The translations under genes were made by a program, and so were the position numbers. From assembly GCF_024521635.1 (NCBI RefSeq), contig NW_026250452.1:62001-85606 (forward strand): a stretch of DNA of 23,606 bases, given 5' to 3'. Under the pieces are notes generated by a model. The model was not told the origin of the DNA and did no database searches. It saw only the letters and a list, made by a program, of their open reading frames with translations. Origin of the DNA: Tricharina praecox. Its lineage: Eukaryota. Positions 1-9,355 of this stretch are shown here, one piece after another; position 1 is the first letter of the stretch; each line of letters begins with the position of its first letter.

Positions 1-1533
1 CCTTCTGGATATGTCTTTTTCCGTCGACGCAGGAATCTACTATTCGACACCGGTGATCCCGCCGCTGCAAGGATGGTGGCAGTCTTGCGGCTCGTCAAGA
101 AATAAGCGTCTTGGTGGGGAAGGTCGGCGCTGAATCTAGAAGGCAGTCGACTATACCCGCCTTCAGCCTGATGTAGAGCACGCGCCGTCCAGAAGGCATC
201 TTAGTTCGACCAGGCCAGTCGTGCGTGATTTTGCATGTTCCTCACGGGCAACGAATACGGTCGCTCACGAGTAGAGTGTGCAAAGTAGTACGATACATAC
301 CTTCTTGAGAGAGTGCATGATCAGCACCGTCATCTTTGGGGGCCTCCTCTGCCTTACTCTCGCGGTGAATTCATCCGCACCCCCGACGACACCACGGGCA
401 ATCGAATGGTCGGACTGACTGCGGGGCAACGTGGAGCTCGCTACCGTCAAATCTCACTTGGGAGGTAATAGTTTTATCTGCAATGTTTGGCAGCAGGCTT
501 TCTGTATGTGGCATATTGGCCCTCCGACACGGAAGAAGATTCCAAGTAAGAAGCAGTATTCTCGTCTGGTTTTTTTCTTGTTCAAGCAATAATCTGGACG
601 ACGAAAAACCGAACCGAGAAATTACCTCTTAAGTGAGTTACGTACTCTGATATGGTACCACTCTATCTTAATCTACTGTTTTTGATGTTTAATCATTGAC
701 TGTCTGCGACCTACCAGTAGCTACCTAGATCATGGCAATCTACTCAACTCTACTGGACTTCAATCTGCAGGAATGTCACCAACAGACTATGCCCAACGAA
801 TGCTAGCCACTGCATTCTAACGTCTGCTAGCGCGCGACACGGGTGGCTTTCGCATTGCACGGGTCGGAAAACAACGTGCGTTGACCGCAGATCTACGGGG
901 AAAGCTTGTCAACCTTCCGTAACGTCACGTCTTACCCTTCGGTACTTTATTCATCTGGAGTGCCCTTTTACTGGGGTATGGCTGCCAGCCACGCTGGGAA
1001 TTTCTCGCCCGGACCGGACAGGCGGAACGATTATCCTGTCGGTTCCAATCGCAATCCGATGCAACTTTCGTGGGCGCCGGAAACGGGGACCACATCTTTC
1101 GAACTCACTCTTTCTGTGCGGCGGGAGAGAAAGGAAATCCCATGATGTGGGGATGTGTGTACTACCACCGCCCACCGTCCACGCGACTTTTTGACGGGAA
1201 GTAAGCGACATGAGGGGCTGGGAGTTGCCGACGATCATCTCCTCAACGGTAGATTTCTCCGGCTTCGGCACGTCTCTCACTCTCTCACTATGGAACGACG
1301 GCTGACTTCCGGTGCGACCCCAGGGTTTCCGGCGTCAATTCTTCTGGTGCACATGCGGTTTTTTTCCTTATTTGAGGGACGTGGGTGGATGCAGGGGATG
1401 ACACTTGTGAAGCAAGCGCATCATGAGGACTGCTGTGGTGTGCATGGCACTTGTGAGACAAGTGCACTATGATTCTGTGCAGAGGGAACAAAGAAACGTG
1501 GAAGGCAATGCAATGCGTCTCTTCAACCCCTCC

Positions 1534-2028
1534 CCCCACCCTCTGGATGAGACAGATAAGTGATCTCACCGGGCGAAGAGATCATATGGCGCCAGTACGC
1601 GGCTCTTCTATGTTGCAGGTGGCCAATTTCCAGGTCGAGAACCCAACCCCCCTGGGGTACCGACAGCGGCAAAGAGTGGAGGGCAGAAGGGAAGGTGTTA
1701 CTTCTCACCAGCCATCCTGGCTCGACTAGGTTGTTCCCCGCGGAGTCATGACACGATCTCCAGGACCGGGGGCCTACCTTCATGTATGTGCTCGAGTTGA
1801 GCTTCAAACAAACCCCCCCGCACGAATGAACGTGGGTGGGGGAGGGGGGCCAAACCGATGATCGCAGGAAACGAACCCAAACAGGCCGGCCGCTGCACAC
1901 TGCACCGCAGCTATGGCATATCACAATCAACCGGCTCGTTCAGGCTCCAACACACCTGAGCATGGGAATATATAGAGTGTTTTGTTTTATACGTCTGACA
2001 ATCACGCCCAGGAGTTATAAAGCCCCGC
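1534..2028 (+). promoter_or_regulatory. Proximal promoter of the sugar transporter: TATA box plus a cluster of SYGGRG (CreA/Mig1-type) sites
   Basis: TATAAA at 2016-2021, about 125 bp before the ATG. SYGGRG matches on either strand at 1534, 1652, 1676, 1736, 1740, 1758, 1766, 1816, 1836 and 2023. Confidence 0.45.
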
Positions 2029-2144
2029 CCAGGTCACCCTCCCAGAGCCTTGGATAACTCACTCCACAAAGAACTTTGTTCCTCCTTCCGGCCCCTCTGC
2101 CCCCCTGCACCCGATAAATCGGTACGAGGAGAAAAACCTTCGCC

Positions 2145-4055
2145 ATGAAGAAGGTTTCTAACATCTACGCCATCTCGGCGTTCGCCGCCATTGGTGGTGG
2201 TCTGTTCGGCTTCGATATCAGTTCTATGGCTGGTGTGCTGGGTACCGGTGCGTACAAGAGATACTTCGATAATCCTCTGGACGAGAGGCAGGGCGGTATC
2301 ACGGCATCCATGCCTGCGGGATCGCTGCTTGGTGCGTTGATGTCGAGTTACATCTCAGATCGATGGGGACGAAAGATTGCAATTCAAATCGGTGCCATCA
2401 TCTGGATTATTGGTTCGATGTGAGCATCTTCCGTGTTACCAGCCGGCCATCACTCGAAAGGGGTGGCGTGGTGAAGGAGGGAATGGTGGGCTGACCCATG
2501 TTTTAGCATCCAATGCGCTTCTCAGAACGTCGGCATGTTGATTGTCGGCCGTATCATTGCCGGTATTTGTGTTGGTATCACTTCGTCGACCGTCCCCGTC
2601 TACCAGGCCGAGCTTGCACCCAAGGAACTTCGTGGACGCATGGTCTCCTTCCAGCAGGTAAAGATATCCCAGCCGTTCTTTTCCGTTCTCGTTGTCCCTC
2701 CGCTAACATTCTCAAAAGTGGGCCATCACCTGGGGTATTTTGATCCAGTACTTCATCCAATACGGTGCCTCCTTCGTCGATGGTGGTTCCGAGAACCCAA
2801 ACCAAGGCACCGCCGCCTTCCGTATTCCATGGGGAGTCCAGATGGTCCCGGCCTTCATCCTCTTCATCGGCCTCTTCTTCTTCCCTTACTCCCCGCGTTG
2901 GCTCGCATCCAAGGACCGCTGGGATGAGGCCCTCGTCGTGCTGGCCGATGTTCATGGTGGTGGAAACGTCAACGACCCGAAGGTGCTTGCAGAGTACAAG
3001 GAGATCGAGGACGCCATCCGTTTCGAGCGCGAGGAGGCCATCAGCTCCTTCGCCGAGCTCACTAAGCCGAGAACCGTCAAGCGTGTCATCCTCGGAATGT
3101 CGCTTCAGATGTGGTCGCAGCTCTGTGGTATGAACATTATGGTATGTAGACACTGCCGACTATCCACGACCGCATGTCTGCGTAGCAACCACTAACACGC
3201 GAGAAACCCCACAGATGTACTACATAGTCTACGTTATGCAGGGTGCCGGTATCGACGACCCTCTTCTAACCGCCGCCATCCAGTACGTTATCAACGTTGT
3301 CATGACCGTTCCGGCCATCATCTTCATCGACAAGCTCGGTCGTCGCCCCGCATTGCTCGCCGGATCCTTCCTGATGATGACCTGGCTCTTGATCACCGGT
3401 GCTGTCCAGGGAGCGTACGGAGAGCCGGAAACAGACCCGACTCAGCCCATTACCTGGAAGATGGTCGACAAGAAATCACAGGCCAAGGCGGTTACCGCAT
3501 GCTCCTACCTCTGTAAGTCTCTCCGGCTTTGCTTCCCACATCATTCTACTGGTCGCTAACAATCTCAAAGTCGTCGCAACCTTCGCAACAACCTGGGGAC
3601 CCGTCTCCTGGACGATGCCCTCCGAAGTGTTCCCCCACAAGGTCCGTGCCAAGGCCGTCGCGCTTTCCACTGCTTCCAACTGGGCGTGGAACTGTGCCCT
3701 CGCTTTCGCCGTCCCGCCCCTTCTCCGCGCCATCAACTGGAAGATGTACATGATCTTTGCTGCCTTCAACGGTGTCGCTTTCATCCACATGTTCTTGACT
3801 GCTCCCGAGACCAAGGTTTGTCCCACCCCTTCCGCCCCCTCGCAATTTGCAAGTGATGGAACATAAACTGACTGAGCGAAAAAGGGAAAAACACTTGAGG
3901 AGATGGATATTGTGTTCGATTCGGGCATTCCTGCGTGGCGGGCCGTGCCGAAGGGGAGTAGGCTTGATGAGCTACAGAAGGACATCGAACAGGGTAAGAT
4001 CAAGGTTACGGTTGGAGCCGTTCCTGTTCACGCGGAGGATAGCAAGGCCGAGTAA
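2145..4055 (+). CDS. MFS sugar porter, high-affinity glucose/hexose transporter-like (HGT1-type), 520 aa, 6 exons
   Basis: Exons 2145-2419, 2507-2657, 2719-3141, 3215-3512, 3571-3815 and 3885-4055 total 1563 nt and splice in frame. Introns are GT..AG with GCTGAC/GCTAAC/ACTAAC/ACTGAC branch points. Sugar-porter motifs: GGGLFGFDISS, SDRWGRK, GRIIAG, VPVYQAELAP, RGRMVS, PYSPRWL, QMWSQLCGMNIMMYY, DKLGRR, WGPVSW, PETKGKTLEE. Confidence 0.95.
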
Positions 4056-4341
4056 GGGCTGCGATGAGAGGGTGGGATGGGGGGAAGGGGGGGATGGGTG
4101 AAGGAAGGGATTGTTTTGGCCCTCCTTTGTGAGCTGCTGCGTGAGAGCAAGATGGAGCGCTTGTATTTACCTCTGAATTGATGTTGTTCCGATGAGAAAT
4201 GGCCGCCGTGATCTACTTTCAATCGCGAACACGGACAGACATGTGACATCAACTCCCAAATATCATCGAGTAATAAACATTGGTCATCATCGATTATAGA
4301 ATTCCGAAGCCCTCCTAGTGCTATCCACCCCCCTGTCCCTA

Positions 4342-4987
4342 CTACGCGTTCGCCGCATCGTCGCTTTTCCTCGCCTCCGCAAGAATCGCCTCCCTCACAT
4401 CCTTCCCCTTCAACATCTCATAAAACAGCGTGGTATCGACAATAACGCGCTCACCCAACCACGTAGCCCTCTGAGTGTGATCCCTCAGCTCATCATCAGT
4501 ATTCGGATGTACCAGCGCGCTCAGCGGGCCGCGATTGATCACGAGCCAGCCGACGAACGCGCCGAACTGCGCCGGGGTGAACAAGTTGACCTCGAACATG
4601 GCCATGGTGTGCGGGCCGATCGGGCGGTCCCAGAAGCGGTACACGCGCAGCTCCGGGAACTCGAGGCGGATGCGCGTGTGCAGTTGTTGCGCGAACAGCG
4701 TTTGCGACGCTGACGCATTGTTGTAGTAGATGTGAATGTCGAAGCCCCCGCGCGAGCCGTTCGTGATCGGAGATGGGAAGGCGGTGTACGACGGCGAGGT
4801 GGGCGAAGTCGACGGGTCCGAGGGCGCCTGGAGCGATTTGCCGTCGGCGTTGTAGCCGCTGAGAGAGGCTCGTCAGCATACTGAACTTATGCAATGATTG
4901 CGCGCGGGTGAGTACTCACGTCGGTAGCGGGGTGTGATCTTCCCAGCCGGCGAGCGGAGACGGATAGGTGTATTGAGCGGGATCCAT
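4342..4987 (-). CDS. DOPA 4,5-dioxygenase family protein (fungal DodA-like), 194 aa, 2 exons
   Basis: Exon 1 4987-4920 (MDPAQYTYPSPLAGWEDHTPLP), intron 4919-4859 (GTGAGT...GCTGAC...CAG), exon 2 4858-4342; 585 nt in frame. Motifs: GFDIHIYY, RIRLEFPEL, DRPIGPH..AMFEV, WLVINRGPLSALVHPNT, RDHTQRATWLG. Confidence 0.9.
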
Positions 4988-5162
4988 CTTGGTAGGTATG
5001 TTGTAGTTTCTTCCGTGTGTGTGTGAATTGGAGAATTTCGATGTGCCGAAGCTGTGTTTTATATATTTTGATGTGTATAAGTGTCGTCACGTCGGTCGCG
5101 CGGTCGGTAGAGTATTGTAATCGCACCTTCGCGATTTGCAATCAGTTGGAAATCGTCTTCAT

Positions 5163-5246
5163 CATCACGTGATGGCTCCGAAGTCGGACACGGACATCTC
5201 CGAAGGCCGTGCTACAAGTCATCACGCGGGGTTGCGGGGTGCGGGG
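5163..5246. promoter_or_regulatory. Candidate regulatory block upstream of the dioxygenase: E-box palindrome and triple GCGGGG
   Basis: 12-bp palindrome CATCACGTGATG at 5163-5174; GCGGGG at 5226, 5234 and 5241. Confidence 0.35.
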
Positions 5247-5441
5247 TGATACGGGCTTAATAAGTACTCCAGCAACGGAGAAGATTCAAAGGTAATGTAT
5301 TCCTCGATTCTGCATTAGGGAGTTGACAAAACGCGTTTTTCCTTCGCTTGACCCTGCTCCAACGCGAGGAATCGAGTCGCCGAAGTGAAAAGCATATATA
5401 GGTAAATATGGAGAGAGCTATCAGCCGGAACTTGCCACTTT

Positions 5442-5530
5442 GCCACCACCACCAGCCACCTCCACCAGCCACCACGGTGAGCCACCAGCCACAATACCAG
5501 TCATCAGTACCAGCCACCACAAGAAGCCAC
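5442..5530 (+). repeat. Low-complexity degenerate (AGCCACC/CCA)n repeat
   Basis: gccaccacaccagccacctccaccagccaccacggtgagccaccagccac...cagccaccacaagaagccac. Confidence 0.6.
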
Positions 5531-5965
5531 GCTTTGTAGAAAACATCACCATCACGAATTTTGCTTTTCGGTAACATTACGTGACAATACGTGACACGGC
5601 AACACTGAAATTGACCATCAATAGCGATATCACCATAGGCCTAGCCTGAGCGGAGAGAACGGCCACCGCGGTTACCGTTGTACGACGATTTGGAAACTTC
5701 GGTGGTAGTTACCTGCCCACCGACGAGACGCAATGGTCATACAGAGCCATATGTCCATACCGTCCTATCCTTCACAGACCTTAGATACATCAACATCTGT
5801 CACTTTCATCCGGAAGCGATAGCACGGGAGCGGTTGATGTAAGTGATTTTTCCTGCATTTCCACAGCCACTGCCGTCGAAAATATATCTGCCGTCACCTA
5901 TTCTCCATGCCATCTCAATCGTCCTCCACAATTACCAATACTTAACCGCCATATGTTCCTCGTTT

Positions 5966-8295
5966 CTAAGTAAAGCACCATGCCTGAGCAACCTTCATGC
6001 ACCCTGAAAATGTCAAGACCGGCTTCTGCTGCAGATCAACTTTATCCAACTTGCGTGTACCCCACTGAACCCATTCGCTCCGCTGGGAGATGAACGCTCG
6101 ATCAATGGTCGACACAACGTACTCAATGTCCTTCCGATCAGTCTGGGTGCCCTCCATGATGGTCTTCTCAATCTCGACAATCAAGACTTGTAGGTCCCTC
6201 ACTAGCCCCAGTGCCGGCTTCTGCAGTACCAACGCGGCTTTCGGAGAAATCGTAAGGCAGTTTTTATCGGATCCGAGAACAAACGGTGGAAATACTCTCT
6301 TGCTGAAGAGAACGTAGTCTTCACCCGTCGCGGCATCGGTGACGATGCATGGCTCCTGCACCACTGTATTGCCGGTGACACCGCCGCCGCATAACACAAT
6401 GCCATGATACCGGACATGAAATCCGGAGCCATCACAGATACCGGTATTCTCTCCGAGGATGTCCTGTTGGTAAAAACCGAAGTTATCGTTCACCATCGAA
6501 CTGGGTGCCCAACGGAAAGGTGACTGCGGGAGCTTGGGTCTGTTCGAGAATACCATCTCTGCCGGGATGTGTCGCATGAGTGTGTGGAATCTGGCCATAC
6601 GGTCATGCGAGGTCCTGGCAGCCAGTATCTCATCGATAGGCATCTCGAGAAGACTACCCATGCAGACCGCCTCGTCCTCGGCTTTGCTGGTGGAGCGGTA
6701 CCGGACCGCTCCCGAGATCATCTGGACAAGTTTCGAGTCGACTCGCTGTAGGGGTGAAGTATTTCTTCCTTGGAGCGCGCCGATGGGTGGGATACGCCTG
6801 TATATCGATGCAGCAACCGATTCGTATAAACGGAGTGAAGCTTCTTCTCTTTCGGTGGATGGCGCGGGTTTCTGCAAGAAGCCTAAGAGTTCATCGCATC
6901 TCAGCGGCTGTGGCTCCCGCATCTGGAAGTGGATTTTACTGCCGGAAAGGAGGCTTGCTTCCTGGAGTGTCCAGAGACGGCGTAACCAACCGCAGCACAG
7001 GATGCGAATGGCCAATTCCAGGAATGACTTCCTGCTTGACTCCGCCTGCAGCTCGCGATCGAGAACAAGCATGAAGGTGGCATTCCTGTAGGTGGTGGCG
7101 AGGAGTTGGATGGCTTTGTTGCGATATTGGCGGAGCGAGGGATGGACAGGAACGCACAGCGTATCGATCCATAGGGTAAGAGGCTGCGGAAAATTATGCA
7201 GTATACCCAGCTGCTCGACGTAACCTCGAAGGCGGAGAAGCTGGCAGCGCGGGAGGGCATTTGCGTGGGGATTTCCCAACCCATGAGCCCCTGTCATTGT
7301 ACGTGTTAGTCATGGTTTACGCATTTCATGATGGACGACTTACAGACATGCGATATCGCAAGATATGGTGCATCCTCAACTATCTCCAAATCCGACGTCT
7401 GTTTGGCCTCGCTGAGCCCGGCCAATGAGATTTTTGGAATCTTTCCCCGCTCCAACACTGCCTTCAAGTCCTCCCCTTGTACTGCAACCGAGTCGCATCG
7501 ACATCCAAACTGGACGTGGACGGTCTCGTAGCGATCTTCCACCACCTGGTCCGCGAAGCATCGTTGGTTATCGCATCCCTCATGGTTGCGGAACATCAAG
7601 GGACGCTCTAGCGTGCTCGCCAGGAACGCCACTTCGGTTTCAATGTTCATCGAGAGCATGTGAACTTCGGACGGGCACCATCCCCTCTGCGGTAAGGCCG
7701 CCGACGCCGAGTAATGCAGCGCCCAGTCGAAGCTGCCTCCCACACGCTTGCAGGGCTCTCCCACCAAGGCCAGGACACGGAGCAAGATAGCCACCGCCTG
7801 ATAGGCACGGCCGAACTCCAGATTCACCGTCTTCCGCTTGTCAATACAGCGAGAACTCGGGTCCGGACCCTTCTTGCCGAGTTCGTGGTCGATGGTCGAG
7901 CGACATTCAGCGAGCCTTCTGTCTCTTTCCCGCGCCCCTGCAGGATCCAGTTGGCTGCGCGCTCTGCAAAGTCGTTCGCGAAGCACGTTTAACGGCTCGG
8001 TGGAGAGCAGTCTACCGTTAGTACCGGGGGAGATGAATTCTTTATCGATATCGATGTCGAGGCGGAAGATATCGCACAGCTCGCTGATCGCACCGAAAAA
8101 GAGCCACGACTGAAAGAAGCCGACCAATTGCGCCTGCGTGGGGAGGGTTCCAGCTTTGGTGGTCCAGGAACCTGCGATGATAGACCATCCGATACGAGCG
8201 GGATAGGAAGCGAAGGGAAGTCGGCCAGCAGTGGTGGAGAGAGTGACATTTGGGAAAATGAATGGCGGAAAGTCCGGACGTTGTAGTTGCGACAT
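5966..8295 (-). CDS. HET-domain (heterokaryon-incompatibility-type) protein, 758 aa, 2 exons
   Basis: The ORFs 8295-7306 and 7297-5966 join through a 53-nt intron at 7343-7291 (GTAAGT...ACTAAC...CAG), which restores YLAISHVWAHGLGNP. Further HET motifs: NALPRCQL, LWIDTLCVP, TYRNATFMLVLD, WLRRLWTLQE, RSTSKAEDE, FRWAPSS, C-terminal WCFT. CDS is 2277 nt. Confidence 0.88.
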
Positions 8296-8802
8296 TGATG
8301 ATTGTAGTTATTTGGGGGATCTAGATGGCTATCCTCCCAACCGTTCCGGTGGCGGGGTAAGCCGCTCTCGCTGCGGGGTAAGTAGTCGCAACCCATGCGG
8401 CGGTTCCGAACCGGAAGCATTGCAGGTAGGCGCACACGGACTGTGGTTGCACAGCAGAATATCACTCGAGAGTAAAATAGAGAGGAGGAAGTATGATACA
8501 ATACGTATTTAGATTTATCGCGAAGGGACTGCAACCAAGAAAATGTTTTCTGGACGTGAATTTGCGACTATCCGTAACTCTCACGACCACCCGTTAGTAG
8601 ACGGCGTGCCACTCTGAGGGTTTGTCATCGATTGCCCATGGAGCAACGGCACCAACCAGCTATACGTCTGGGAGGACTATCTGTAAAATAAAAAAAACCT
8701 CGTGGTAGGGGCACTTATATGAAATTGCTATCTAGCGAGCCGCCTAGATATGTATCACAGATTGTCACTCATTTTAGCTATTTTTCCACCTTGAATTCGA
8801 GT

Positions 8803-9355
8803 ATGCAATCGGGGGGGGGGGAAGAAGACAGGGGGGGGGGGCAAAGACCGCTTCAAAATCCGGGACCTCTTCGCAGACGAGCGGTGCAGCGAAGCCATCC
8901 TTGACTTTCTTTCCTCTGCCGCTGTGGGCAGGCGGATCCCAGAGGTTGATGAGGAAGATACAGCAAGGGAGGTGTCGGAATGCAGTGGGAGCTGAGGGAG
9001 CGGGAAGAGAGAGCGGAGCTGAGGCGACTCGAGGAAGCGGAGGAGGAGGGTGCGGGGTTTGAGGAGCTAGGCGATGTAGAATATCGGACCGGAGACGTGT
9101 GGCGGCGGTGGGAAGACTGAAGGGCACGGGGGCGAGTGCGGGTGCGGGAGCGAGTGCGAGGCGAACGGTGGAGACATACTTTCCGAAAAGGCCAGGGCGG
9201 AGAGCAGGGAAAGCCACATCGGGCCGCTCGCCTTATAATAGTTGGGTTAGACGATGGCGGGGAAACGGTGGCTGCACAGATAGATGATATTGCCATGATC
9301 TAGATAGGTCGCATGCAATCAATGAATGAAGAAAAAACAAGAACATGCAATCGGG
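8803..9355 (+). mobile_element. 5'-truncated non-LTR retrotransposon (LINE, probably Tad-like) relic with candidate TSD
   Basis: From 8822 it translates as KKTGGGGKDRFKIRDLFADERCSEAILDFLSSAAVGRRIP, then after a frameshift WELREREERAELRRLEE. I recall this as resembling the C-terminus of fungal LINE ORF2. It is followed by an A-rich tail (aatgaatgaagaaaaaacaagaac, 9321-9344) and flanked by ATGCAATCGGG at 8803-8813 and 9345-9355. Confidence 0.65.

Noticed and set aside
656..724. Short words shared with the 111-bp insert (TACCACTC, CGACCTAC, CCAGTAGCTAC)
   Set aside because: Same order but different spacing, with no termini or TSD; cannot be separated from chance without an alignment search.
1..1500. 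Short ORFs (265-450, 371-589, 906-1145, 951-1280, 1155-1472)
   Set aside because: No recognisable motifs and no consistent splice model; treated as upstream intergenic DNA.
2578..4713. Long antisense ORFs (2578-3153, 3476-4003, 4318-4713)
   Set aside because: Shadows of GC3-rich codon usage in the transporter and dioxygenase genes.
7989..8534. 181-aa ORF overlapping the HET start
   Set aside because: Different frame, no motifs, and the ATG at 8295 already gives a plausible N-terminus.
8774..9296. Pro/Ser-rich 147-aa minus-strand ORFs
   Set aside because: Antisense reading of the purine-rich LINE remnant.
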